A stretch of DNA of 64,000 nucleotides from Trypanosoma brucei (lineage: Eukaryota): the NCBI GenBank assembly GCA_000002445.1, contig CP000066.1:640001-704000 (forward strand), read 5' to 3'. The first letter of the stretch is position 1, and each line of letters opens with the position of its first letter. The notes under the pieces were generated by a model. The model did no database searches, had not been told where the DNA came from, and saw nothing but the letters and a program-made list of their open reading frames with translations. The translations under genes and the position numbers were made by a program. Of this stretch, positions 40,755 through 52,700 are shown piece by piece.

Positions 40755-42252
40755 TACCGTGGTAAAAACGGACAATGCCCTCAGTAAGAAAAAAAAACTT
40801 TGTGGCCGAGTTCCGGCGGACACGAGATGTGTGCACGAAATTAGGACTTCTATCGGTGCCTGTTCCTACAGTTATATACCAACAAAACCAGGAAAAAGAA
40901 GAATGCGCGGTTCCCCAAAGGAAGAGGAAAATATATACGGTAATGACATACAAACATACAGGTACATGTCAGTGGATACACGTTTGCAGTTGAGCGGCTT
41001 TGTAAGAAAGGAATCAACAGGTCAAGGAATAGTGAAGAGGAAATATGAAGAGGGAGGACACAAGTTAACACATAGAGACGGCACTCCAGCACAAGTTAAA
41101 AGACGATTGGCAGAACCCTGCGTGCCGAGTACTGGCTTGTTGTTGTAGTTTTTGTTCCGTATCCCCGCCCCTTCCTGCATGTTTGGTGGTGTAAACAGAC
41201 GTGTGTGCGTATTTTCCCTTTACACGCTTATCGCAGCGGAAGGATATGCAAAAGCAAAGAACGACGGCACAAACAACCAAACAATTTGGCGATTTAAGAA
41301 ATGAAAGAAACGAAAGAGACAAAGTGTCTTCTCCCCTTTTAGTCACTGGGTAGTTTGAAGTGAAAAAGTTTTTCGTATATGTACATTTACTTAAACCTCC
41401 GTACCACGTAAGCAGGAACAACAAGAAGGATACATCGATAAAAAGTAACGCTAGCAAAGGAAAACGAAGCAGTTTATGGTGAGAACAAAAAGGACTAATC
41501 AGCTAGAACTAATGCCCACCACAACACGAAAGAAGACAAAAAAAACTGCATCTCTGCCCGAGTGAATAGAAAATACCTCGCGTATTGATGGAAATGCACA
41601 TGTACTCCTCCCGTACACCAATTGTACTTCACCCCATATGCCCACACAAACACACTAGCAGGCTTATACATGCGTATATATATATACACGCATATGCGTC
41701 GATGTACCTGGTGTGTGTTTCTCATGTGCACAACCTTATGAGCGTATCAACGCGCACCCTGCTCACTTTCTGGGAAACGGTGAGTCACGGTCAGTTGCAG
41801 ACACACCCATATAAACATGCACATAACAAACTATTGCTTACTGGGATCGCTCTCTTTTCACCACTAGACGGTCTCAGCAACGACCTGTTATGGCGTGAAC
41901 GCATTTCGCACGATGAAAACAAATGAACAAACTTGACACAAACAATAAGACTAGCGAGAGGGGGAATGTAATGGAACTTTTCCGATACTTTTTTTTCATC
42001 GGAAGTCAATCAAAGTAATAACAACGAGTGGCCCCCTCTTCTGTTCCGCACTTCAACGTACCCCGCTCCCTCAACTTCATGGGAAAAGATAAGTTAAAGG
42101 GAGGAAGAGAGAGGGGGCTAGTAACTGAGTTAACCCTGGGAACGAGGGCGGAAAGCAACCTCCCGTAATCCCCTTCAGCATACATATTTCTTCGCTCTTT
42201 CTCCCCGTTCCACGCAGGTGGCGAACAGCGTTTGCTTTATTAGAGACATTAT

Positions 42253-45200
42253 TTACGTGTTCCCAACACCCTCCAAGCTTCCCAGTAGCCGCGCGCCGCC
42301 CGAATGACTGTTGAAGGTGAAGTCCATGAAGTGTGGTAGAGCCGTGTTAGCACCTGTGAACTCGGTGCTTTCCATTTTGTGCGAGACGCTATTCTCAGCA
42401 TTACTATCAGAGTTTTGGCCGCTACCCAATGTGGCACAGAATGGTAAACAGAATTCACTCCCCTGCGTTATAAAATTGTGTGACGCCACCGAACTGCGAT
42501 TGCTGTTGAAGTCGTCGTACTGTCTCGACTCTCGGTTAAGGTAGCCAGCCAATATCGGAGAGCGAATATCTGTCGAAGCCAACTCACCTCCTGCTTGATG
42601 GCTTTGCGATAGCACCCGCCGCGTGGCGACGGGTTGGTGACCGACAGGCGGTGGTCGACGCGAGTGATGGCCTACGGTTGGTGAAGAGGTACGTTGACAG
42701 ATCTCTTCCGCAACGCATCGACCCAAGGAGTTGTGCGGGGGGATTCCCGTACGGTTTAACAGCACCGCTCCACGCTTTTTTGACCTACTGGGCACATAAT
42801 CGTCCACGTCGTACGCCACACCCGTAAGTGTATCGGGTAACTCTGCCGCCGGGTGATATACCATCTCAGTAGCCTTACCGCACTCCGTTGCTGAAGTGGA
42901 GTAAGTTGTTCTAGATGAAGAAGAGGCCACAGATGCGTTGAACTTAGGCGATAGACACACACCCCTTACGGAACGTCGTTGACCTTCCTCTCCCACTTGC
43001 TGAACCTCTTCCGCAAGTTTCGTTTCACATTTCGTGGGGGTACACACTGGCCTTTGGTTGTCCTCACCACCATCAACATGGCTGCCCACGTTGACGGTGG
43101 TTCCCAAAGGCGAACCTAAAGCTACCGTCGATGTTGAAAACCCATTGCGAATCCGATCCTCCACCCACTCCATAGCCATCTGCTCCGGAGTCCGAACGTC
43201 CTCTGCACTTGGACCCGAAGAATGCCCCATATCTTTCCTCTTATATGGTTCGGACGGGAACCCCTCTGCAGATGTTGACGTCACCGCGTTAGGTGTTTGT
43301 GGGGCCGACACTGACCCAAAGAAGTCAATCCGCCTCCCTAATTTTGGTTCGCAGTTCGGCTCGTTTGTTTCCTCCTCCTCCCCGAAGTCCGGCTCAGGGG
43401 TGGTGTTGCACTCTGATATCGCCGACAACACCAATCTTTCCCTGGGGCAAACAAGTGGCGTGTGAGAACTTTCTTTCATCCCTTTGAATTCTTCCTCCTC
43501 TTCCACACCGCCTGGAACAATGTCTAAAGGGAATGCTCGAGCCCCTTCTGTTGAAAAGGATACAGAGGCGCTCTGCTCTACCAGCCGGCTCCTCGCTGAA
43601 TTGGTGCGGAGGTCATTATAACGAGAGTGCCGCTTGCGAAGCCCTCGCTGTTGATCGGCCACCCGCTTGCCTGTGGCCGTCACAGCGTGGGGGAAATAAC
43701 GCAGATCATCTGCAGCTCGGAGACGTGGAACGTACGGCGGTTTGATGCCTCCCGACAGAAATAGTTCCCGCCATTCTGCGGGCCGCTGAATTGGGAAACG
43801 GTGTAGGAAATCTTGCGCGAACGGTGCGCCCGGTGGTCTGACAACCTCCGGGTCCGAGGTTCCTTTGGTGTCACTACGACAGCTTCGGCTCGCGACACTT
43901 GCCCTTCTGAGTGAACGGAAACTAGCCAACGGCAAGCCCATCAAGGGGAAAGCTTGGTCCAATGTTGTGTCCGTAGCGTCGCTGACATGAGGTAAGCAAG
44001 AGGTGGCATTACAACTAAGCGTCGACCCACCGGAATTCCTCTGGCCGCAACTGACAATGGATGTTTTCCTCGTGCAGTACAGCTGCGAAGTAGCGTAGGG
44101 ACATAAGAAGAAGGGATGTTCCAAAACACGCTCACCGCAAAGCCGTTTTTCGGGCGACCGCTGAAGTAATGCAAGAATCAAATCCTTCAGTAATGTACAT
44201 GCCTCTGTCAGCTCTTCTGTTGCGTGTTCCGTGAAGGCGTCGCTACTCTCGAGTGACACGGACCCCACAGGAAGAGGGTGGTGTTCCGTGGAGCTCGCGT
44301 TCGCCCTCTCACCACTGGGTGCCGACCACGTTTCCTCAAAACACGTAGCCGTATCATATACGCTCAACGTCTTTTCTGTGACTTCTGAATGCTCAACCAG
44401 ATCTGGGAGGGGAAACGTCCAGAGGGCGGGACCAGATGGTCGCAACGGCTGCCCAGCACTGTCGCCACCGGGCCACGGAGCCGTTGCATGTTGTCTACCA
44501 TCACCCCGCTCGACGAGAGAACCGCGGAACGGCCGGTGGGTGCCGTACTCCTCCTCATACTGGCATGTCAATTGTGCAACACGCGCCGCCAACTCGAGCT
44601 CAGTGATCATGAAATCCCCGGGCTGCAGCTGAACATCGGTTTCAACGATGGATTTCATTATATCGTACCGGTTATTTGCATCGAATGGTCTGCGCCCGTT
44701 TGCCATTTCGAACAGCATGCAACCAAAGCTCCACCAGTCAATACGAGAGTCATGTGCCTCACCCAACAGCACTTCTGGACTCATGTAAAGCGAAGTGCCG
44801 GCATGGAAATCTGTTCGGGTCCCCGAGTCAATCGTACCACCCGCACCCGGAACGCCGCGGTATTTGGCTACACCAAAGTCTGCAAGCACAACATTGCCAT
44901 CAGATGTCATCAGAACATTCTCCGGTTTGAGATCACGGTACACAAAACCCTGCGTGTGCAGATACTGCAAAACTAGAGCGATTTCGATGGCACAAAATAC
45001 TATAATCCGAATAGGCGTGCGACTATCATCGGGGGCGAAGCGCATGGAGGAGAAACGTCCTGGTGAGGGCGGCTGCCTTAAGGGTGACTCGGAAACAATA
45101 ACTTTGCTGTCCGCTAATCCTGACCCTTTCCGTTGGTTGAACCCCGCGCCTCGATGCAATTTACGACGCATTTCCCTAATCCACGGCTTCGTCTCCAGGA

Positions 45201-46038
45201 ACACATACAAGTCACCACCCTGTGCGAAGTCAAGGACGAGGTAAAGGCATGACTGGCTCTGAAATGCCTGGTGAAGGTTGACTAAAAAGGGATGCTTGAA
45301 TGATGCAAGCAGATGCCGCTCGGTGAATGTACATTGGACGCAGTCCTCATCCCACACCTTCTTCTTGGATATCTTCTTGACAGCATAAAATGTATGCGTT
45401 TCTCTATGTCGCGCCAACGTTACCTCAGCAAAGGTGCCCTTACCTATATACGCCAGCAGTTCATAATCCCTAAGTGATCGAGCGGCAGAAGAAGAGTCAC
45501 TCTTGTAGATGGTCCAACTCGGCGATGAGCCTCGGCCCAACCCACTTAAGGCTACATCTTCCCATCCACTCACTTTGAGCGGGGTGTTCGTCAAACTCTT
45601 CACCTCCGAATCCTTATCGTCTTCTACGGATCTATCAGCCGCATCCGCAGGAATAGGAAGGGGTGCTTGACGCTTGCTATGCCCACTAAGGGAAATATCA
45701 CTCCTACTGATTTCACCCAGAAATTCCTCGTGCCCACCATCAATAGAGCCTAGAAGAAAAGTGAAAAAGGCATCGTCATCACCATCCCGTGGTAAGTTTC
45801 CCTCGGAAATACTGCTCTCTGGGGCCGTTGCGCCCGGTGATTTTTTGGTCGTCTCCCCCAGATCCCGGTGGCCTTCATTTAACCTCATTGGGGTGAAGGC
45901 ACTTGGTTGTTGTACATCCGCCTCCGGGGCTCCAGTTTCCTTCATTTTGGTGGTTGTGAGCACATCTGTACTTCCCTTTGCCTTAGACGCGCCTCTCATC
46001 CACGAAAACGCACTCGCTACTCGTTCATAGAAATTCAT
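42253..46038 (-). CDS. AGC-family Ser/Thr protein kinase (1261 aa) with N- and C-terminal extensions and large inserts inside and after the catalytic domain.
   Basis: The track start at 46089 is TTG and the first ATG is at 46038. Kinase motifs: IGKGTFAEV, YAVKKISK, YRDLKPENVLM, LADFGVAKY, GTSLYMSPE, DWWSFGCMLFEM. AGC tail: LEHPFF ... IKPPYVPRL..ADDLRYFP. Confidence 0.9.
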   Translation of the reverse strand: MNFYERVASAFSWMRGASKAKGSTDVLTTTKMKETGAPEADVQQPSAFTPMRLNEGHRDLGETTKKSPGATAPESSISEGNLPRDGDDDAFFTFLLGSIDGGHEEFLGEISRSDISLSGHSKRQAPLPIPADAADRSVEDDKDSEVKSLTNTPLKVSGWEDVALSGLGRGSSPSWTIYKSDSSSAARSLRDYELLAYIGKGTFAEVTLARHRETHTFYAVKKISKKKVWDEDCVQCTFTERHLLASFKHPFLVNLHQAFQSQSCLYLVLDFAQGGDLYVFLETKPWIREMRRKLHRGAGFNQRKGSGLADSKVIVSESPLRQPPSPGRFSSMRFAPDDSRTPIRIIVFCAIEIALVLQYLHTQGFVYRDLKPENVLMTSDGNVVLADFGVAKYRGVPGAGGTIDSGTRTDFHAGTSLYMSPEVLLGEAHDSRIDWWSFGCMLFEMANGRRPFDANNRYDIMKSIVETDVQLQPGDFMITELELAARVAQLTCQYEEEYGTHRPFRGSLVERGDGRQHATAPWPGGDSAGQPLRPSGPALWTFPLPDLVEHSEVTEKTLSVYDTATCFEETWSAPSGERANASSTEHHPLPVGSVSLESSDAFTEHATEELTEACTLLKDLILALLQRSPEKRLCGERVLEHPFFLCPYATSQLYCTRKTSIVSCGQRNSGGSTLSCNATSCLPHVSDATDTTLDQAFPLMGLPLASFRSLRRASVASRSCRSDTKGTSDPEVVRPPGAPFAQDFLHRFPIQRPAEWRELFLSGGIKPPYVPRLRAADDLRYFPHAVTATGKRVADQQRGLRKRHSRYNDLRTNSARSRLVEQSASVSFSTEGARAFPLDIVPGGVEEEEEFKGMKESSHTPLVCPRERLVLSAISECNTTPEPDFGEEEETNEPNCEPKLGRRIDFFGSVSAPQTPNAVTSTSAEGFPSEPYKRKDMGHSSGPSAEDVRTPEQMAMEWVEDRIRNGFSTSTVALGSPLGTTVNVGSHVDGGEDNQRPVCTPTKCETKLAEEVQQVGEEGQRRSVRGVCLSPKFNASVASSSSRTTYSTSATECGKATEMVYHPAAELPDTLTGVAYDVDDYVPSRSKKRGAVLLNRTGIPPHNSLGRCVAEEICQRTSSPTVGHHSRRPPPVGHQPVATRRVLSQSHQAGGELASTDIRSPILAGYLNRESRQYDDFNSNRSSVASHNFITQGSEFCLPFCATLGSGQNSDSNAENSVSHKMESTEFTGANTALPHFMDFTFNSHSGGARLLGSLEGVGNT

Positions 46039-47014
46039 CTTGAGGTAAACGTTTCGAGTGTACCTAAACGTCGCACACGTCGAATCCAAATAAATGCAAA
46101 TTTGCTTTTTTTTCTTTCGTTATTTTTCCTCCCCCTTCAGTGGTGATGAGCGGCAAACTGACCAGTAAGCTTCCACTGCAGCAGATTGTTCCAACAATGA
46201 TGATAATGGTAATAGTAACAATGGGAAACCAACGCGCACGGTTACCCAAAACCACACAGCCGCAATGAAAAAAGAGAAAAGGAGGGCTAGCTACCGATGA
46301 AACTATACAAGTGAAAAAAAAAAAATTAAACTCCTTTTTTATTTCGATGACACTCCTAGAGAAACGACAGGGTAGTCTTATCACCCTGGTGCCCTCCTGT
46401 GAAAGACAATACCTCTCTCTCTTCCGCCCCCTTTCCTTCTGTAGCACTGTGAGGGAGAACAACAACTCCTATTGTGTGCGATTTTCCTCCGGTTTTTGGT
46501 GGGTCAGAAGTTTGAGACCTCTCTCTCTAAAAAAAGAAAGAATATTAGCGCACTTGCAAATAGAAACAGCGTGTATATTTTTTTCTATTTGAAAAAAAAT
46601 ACAATATATATATATATGGGCTTATGTACGTGTGTGAATCTTCAGACCTTTCTGGAATCCCTCAGTTCTCTTGACTAATGGGAAAACTTCGGAAATAGTT
46701 TGATGTCAAATAAACGTGTGAAGTTGAGTTATACAGCGGTCAAGAAAGAAGGGAAAAGACGAAAAAGAGATTTTTTTTTTTAAAGGAAAAAAGGAGAAAT
46801 GTAAGTTCGTTGCAATTAACAAAGATTATTTTTAATGACATTTATCTTGTGGTACATCTGACTAGATGCTTATACGTTGAAAAGGGCCAAACGATTCTCC
46901 AGAAGCTGCAACAACCGGTTCGTGTAAAGGAGCGCTCAGCCCTGAGCACACAACGCGACAGCTCCACCGTTTTATCTCCCCCCCCCCCTCATCACTTCCG
47001 TCTCGTCGCACTCA

Positions 47015-48181
47015 CTAGGCGAATGCCTCCAAAATACCCTTCTCAAGAAAGGCTGAAAGCTCCTCATTATCTCCCGTGTATTGCTCCAAATCTTCCACAA
47101 CCCTATACACGTCAAGACTATTCTTTGGCCTGGCAATGACGAGTTGCATTACATCCTGCTCCGTCCACTGGCGGCGTCGAGGCTCGGGTGTGGCAGCATC
47201 AATGAAGGTGACACCGCCCCTACTAAGTCGACCTGCACTTGCACCACTGGCTACCGGATGCTGATCACTGAGAAACATCGCGAGTGGAACAGTAGGCTGA
47301 GCAAACAACTTACGGGCTCGATCTTCCACAGGTCGCCTTTCATGCCACTTGCCTTCGTCCTTCCCTGAAGCTGGCGATTCATCGCCGTTCTGGTTTGCTA
47401 CTCCAACACGCCTCTGCAACTCACGCAACACAACGTTAAGTCGTGCGGCACTTTCCCGCTCTGCATCACGGCCTTGTTGTTCCCATAGTGAGAGTAGTGA
47501 CTCCATCCCTCTCACATGGCCGACAGTTCCTGGCCGATGCTTCTCCAACAGTCGTAAGGCCTCCGCCTGCACCGAATCATCAAAAGCGCCAATACTCTTA
47601 TCAACGCTATCTTCATTTCTACCTTCTTCATTTTCACACGCAGCTGCTGGTGCGAGTTGTTGGTTCTCCGCCTGCTCATCAGCGTGGGCCTCCAGTCTAC
47701 TAGCACAAGCGGTACGGAGACGACAGGGTTGCCTGTTATAAATGCTTGAAGGGCCGTAAATTGCCCGAACACCATCATTGCCACTAATGGTGGAGTAGCG
47801 GCTTAGGTAACGCAGCACTCTCACCTCCGTTAAAAGTACCACCAGATGAGACGCAGCGGGTGATGCAAGTAATGCGCTGTTCTTTGGGGGATTTAAGAGA
47901 CCCACAGGTGGTGTGGACATGAAACCCGAATAGGAGGCCTCAGAAGACTTTAGAACCGCATCGGGTGGATAAAAGAAATTGGATTGGGTGGCAGTTGCCA
48001 TCGATTGACTACCTGCTTTCGGGGCAGTAATCCGCTGGCTCTGCTGTTGAGCAATGCTGCTGTTCCCAAGGAACTGAAGCCCAAACGACGGCTGATGTTT
48101 CCCGTTCCGCTCATCACGTCGACGGCGAAGCAGCGAAAACACCTCACCGTTTGTCATGGGAACGCCTTCTGAAAGGATCAT
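47015..48181 (-). CDS. Hypothetical protein (388 aa from the first ATG). No domain recognised.
   Basis: ORF on the cluster strand. The track start at 48262 is TTG. ATGs are at 48181 and 48157. Confidence 0.6.
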   Translation of the reverse strand: MILSEGVPMTNGEVFSLLRRRRDERNGKHQPSFGLQFLGNSSIAQQQSQRITAPKAGSQSMATATQSNFFYPPDAVLKSSEASYSGFMSTPPVGLLNPPKNSALLASPAASHLVVLLTEVRVLRYLSRYSTISGNDGVRAIYGPSSIYNRQPCRLRTACASRLEAHADEQAENQQLAPAAACENEEGRNEDSVDKSIGAFDDSVQAEALRLLEKHRPGTVGHVRGMESLLSLWEQQGRDAERESAARLNVVLRELQRRVGVANQNGDESPASGKDEGKWHERRPVEDRARKLFAQPTVPLAMFLSDQHPVASGASAGRLSRGGVTFIDAATPEPRRRQWTEQDVMQLVIARPKNSLDVYRVVEDLEQYTGDNEELSAFLEKGILEAFA

Positions 48182-48843
48182 CTCTCTGTCTAACACCGCT
48201 GCCTGCGCCCGTGCACAAATGCGAGTACAAATACACGAAAAAAAAAAAGGAGAGGCCTCCAAAGTTCCAGTTCTGTTTCCTTTGCCTTTATTTCCACTAG
48301 GTCAAGGTCACGACTTTGCTGTTAACGCCTGTGCGACTTTAAGTGTCAAACGCTGTCGCTTGTTGCTATCAGACAAGCCACACCACTTTCGCTTCCAGTG
48401 TAGGCCTACGACAGCGCTAACTTCAGCCAAAGCGACAAAACATATATAAACATACGTACGTGTATATATAAGAAAGACAGTACGAAGATGATCATAACAG
48501 CAATAAAAACAGTGAGAATGATAAACAAGTACCAGTTTGTGAACAACTAGCTGTGAAAACAGAGCTCTGACGGTTAAATAGTCTGAGAAACGAGGGAAAA
48601 TGTACTGACGTGCGGTCCTGGCAACAGTCACTTGCATACACATCAATACATCTGTATTGAAATATTTCATGTCCCCTTCCAAGTCGCACAGTACCAACAC
48701 GGAATCGAAACGTTAAATTTACAAACAAAAAAGGCAGTAATAAGGGTAAAGGTGAGAAAGGGAGCACTCACGCGACTGCTGCAGAGAGGGAAAGAATTTC
48801 CCGCCCTTCAGACGAGGCGTCGCTATTTTTCCTTTTCTTTGTT

Positions 48844-48859
48844 TGTGTGTATACGTGTG

Positions 48860-48895
<36 letters not shown>
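48844..48895. repeat. Imperfect (GT)n microsatellite.
   Basis: Direct reading: gtgtgtatacgtgtgtgtgtgcgtgtgtgtgtgtgtgtgtgtgtgtgtgtg. Confidence 0.95.
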
Positions 48896-49179
48896 GATAA
48901 GGGGGAAGGAATATTGCCGGTAACGTTAATAGGAAAGGAAAAGAATTTTTAAAAAAGCAGTTAAAAAAGGAAAGAAGTAGAGCGCGTGGTATATTTAGCG
49001 CAAATCGAATAGGCATTATTTGAGCCACAAACCCTCTGCTGCCTGATAACCTCATTCCCCTCGAAAAGAAAGAAAAAGAAGGAAAGGAAAAAAGGAAAAG
49101 GAACGATATACATCTTACCACGTCAAGGGGGAAAACATACATCATTATATAAGTGCATATACATACTTCCACGTATATT

Positions 49180-49181
<2 letters not shown>

Positions 49182-49212
<31 letters not shown>
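49182..49212. repeat. (TA)n microsatellite.
   Basis: Direct reading. Confidence 0.95.
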
Positions 49213-49216
<4 letters not shown>

Positions 49217-49653
49217 CCCTTTTCCTTTATTAACATACTCCCTTATCGAAACACGATTTTTTCCCCGCACTCCTTCCATTTTACTCTCGCGTTGTCTTCC
49301 TTCTTTGCTTTGCGTTAGACGTACTTCTGAATACGCTTTCACAGATTCCCTCCTCGTGAAATCTCTTGTTGCTGTTTAGAGAACTTGTACACAAACTTAG
49401 GCGGCCACCGCAGCTGAGACGAAAATGCGGTGGACGTCCACAGTTGCATACAAATCAATGGAAAAGAGGGAAAAAACGTGATATAATATAGCAAAAACAT
49501 AACGAAACGAAAAGGTAAACCGACAAAGAAAACAAAAAAAGAGGAAAACCATAACGATACACAACCCTAGAAGCAACAGTAGTGACAACAATTGCGGCTG
49601 CGGATATGAACCTGCCGTCCCGCACAGACACGCACACACACATAAATATACGA

Positions 49654-49677
49654 ATATATATATATATATATATATAT
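49654..49677. repeat. (TA)n microsatellite.
   Basis: Direct reading. It lies just 3' of the PFK-2 stop. Confidence 0.95.
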
Positions 49678-49700
49678 TCCCTCACCTTCCGTCGTCTCAC

Positions 49701-52700
49701 TCATTCGCTCGGCTGCAGTGGGCGGTCACAGGGCTTTACCAGCTGGTGTACGGTTATATCACCCTTCACGCTAATTTCTACTACAGCGTGTGAAGGGAGG
49801 CGCAAAGCTGGAGCCATTTCAGGCAACGCATCAGCAAAGAATGCGAGAACCCCTTGCGCTGGTACGGATGAGGCGACAACAAACACCGGACCACGCACCC
49901 GCATGACGGCCATAAGTGCCGGCTCCAACCGAACATTTACCTGCCTGCAACTCTCACCGTTGGGAAACTGCACGCAGTAAGAAAGACGAGGGTCCGCCCC
50001 GTTGGGAACATGGAGAAAGCGGCGAAGGCCCTCCGCACATATATTAGCAGCGTCTGATGCGCATTCTGCCGTCCCCAGTAACGGTGGCTCCTCTTGCTGA
50101 GCCTTCTCTTTTCCAGGGTCAGCAACTTCATCATCCGCTGCGATATAGGAACCACTCCCCATCGGCGAGCCTGCGTAGAGAAGCTTGCAGAGTTTTGAGT
50201 ATCTGATCCGTACCTGCTTAACTGTCCGACCGCAAAACCGCCCAAAATTGATTCTGTCGAGACCGGGAAGTGGACAAAGCAACTCCGCCAGCGGCACGCA
50301 AAAGCCGCCGCATCCGCGAGCCCCCCTCGGGAAACTGCTGCCATCGTCGCTGCTGTCCGGCTCTAAAGCCTGTTCCAGTGGCCGCAGTGTATTCATAACG
50401 TTCGGATTTGTTCCGTGAAGCACGACCATGTTGGGTGCATCCCGCTCCAATATAAACCGCTTTAGGGCATCCGCAAACTTCTCACCAAGAGGGGTGAGGC
50501 GGTCATCCCCGCCGTATATGTGTTTCCTGTCACCCACGGTTTCCCCGGGAACCGCAATATAAATGGGATGAGCAACAGGGTGAAGATTTAATAAAAAGAA
50601 CGAGATGAGACTTGCTAGTCCGCAGGGAATCTTGTGAAGAATGACATGATGCTTTGCATTGATAATGCGAATGAAACTAATGCCTTCATCCGCATCCAGC
50701 TGCTCGTACACCTTTTCATACTCCGCAATCCGAGAGTAAAATGCGGAGATCACCTCACCCGCGTCCTTGACATTCTTAAAGTCATCATTACCACACTTTG
50801 CACGTAGTATGTTCTCTGTGATGAGGTTTAAATCATTGCACACTGACTCAATGAATATTACTCTACAGTTGATGTTGTGTTTCTTTGCTTCCTGTTGCAA
50901 GCACTCCAACAAATACTTCCTGCGAGCCTTCGTGGTGTTTGTTGCGTCAAACACGCCACAGGCCACCCGATGGTGGGCAATAAAATGAATAAGATCTCCA
51001 AAAGCAAGAGTTGCCACCTTGTCACGCATTTGCTTCGCCTGCAAATTTTGCGGATCATAGAAATCTGCACTGCACGTACCCTCCACACCGAGGAGCCTAC
51101 GGCGGTAGTTCCCGACATTAAACACACGACAGGGAACTCCCTTCCAATTAAGATAACGTGCGATCCGTCGGCCAATAAACGACTTCCCCCGTCCCGGTAA
51201 CCCCACCATACAAACAATGAGGGAAACCGCATCCGACACAGTCGTATAACTTGAGGACATGTTGGCAATGTCGTCCACTGCATTAGGTAATCTCCCTTCC
51301 GCCCCTTGATCCCTCACCCTGTTCAAGCAATCTCTCGCACGGTATTGTGCCACCATATCAGGGGGGAGGGCGGAAAAGAGAACGCTATCGCCCGGTGACA
51401 CGGCCAGCGGTGCCTTGGATCCCCATCCACGCGTCCCTTTCGTATCCTTCACTGTAGACTGCGACGCGGATCCCTTTTTGCAGCTGGGAAGTGAAATGGA
51501 CGGCATCGCTGGCGAATTTCCACCACATGAAGGTCCTTCTGTTGCCGCAGCGCCACATGTGGGCGTGCCGTGATAATTTGGGGAAATAGAGCCGTTACCA
51601 CGGCTTGAATGAACGTGATGATGTCGCTGCTCCTTTTTCATCTGAGCATGCTTCGTCACCGCCACTAGAAGGCGGCACACACCACTATGACGGTTCTCCG
51701 CAGCCCAATCAAGCGGCGTACGACCCGTGTTGTCGATTGCCGTAATGTCGGCACCAAACGATATGAGAACGCGCACTACGGATTCGTTTCCTCCGAGCGC
51801 CGCCACGTGAAGCGGGGTGCAACCATTGTAATCCCGTTGGTTGACATCTACTAGTTTCCGTTCTAGCAAATAGTGCAGCTCCGATGAATTACAGGCGCGG
51901 ACAAGAGCAAATATATTCCACGCAGAGACTTCACGTTGAAGCCAACCGAGTTGAACCTGCAAGAAGCCCTTGCGTCTCTGCAGTTCGGCTATGAGAGCGT
52001 TGCGACACTTCTCACGCGCCGCTAATGGATCATTAGGATCTGGAATGCTGAGCTGGGGCAATAGTAACCCCTTCCTCTTGTGGCAGCAGGAAGGCGACGC
52101 GCGGCGTTCATCGAATTTGCACATATCCTCCTCAGGGCATGATAGGCACCGCGAGTGATGAGGCATCTTGTCTATTGGCAATAACACCTCTCCTTTACTC
52201 CTTAGTCCTCGTCCAACATTCCGCACACAAGATTCTAGAGGGAGTGACATGAACCTTCCACGTTTGCACATACCCAATTGCTGTGAAGAGGCTACGGACA
52301 CACCATCGCTATCCCCTGAGGTTGCATGGCCCAAATTCCCCAGTAACGACGCCCCAAACTCTGAAACCCCGCATCCCCCCACGCTTGAAGCCGCACCACT
52401 GGCCAAAAACGGCGAGGCGTGGCTGCTACTCCTTAGTGAGGGGCTCCTGTGTGATGGACTTGCGCCATAAATATGAACCCATTCCTGTTCATTGGAATCT
52501 TGTGAAGAAGGCGGGTTCCTTCTCACATCTACTCCCATAGGTCCTCCTCTTCCCTCTGCCGCATCCACTTCTTCCTCTTTCCCTCTTCGTCCAGGGGTAA
52601 CTGAAATAACTTCACATGGCGGTCGTCTCCCCTCATCGGTGGAGTCCGCCGCGGCCTCATTTCCTTCTTCTCCTCCTCTTCCTCCTATTTTTGTTGCGGT

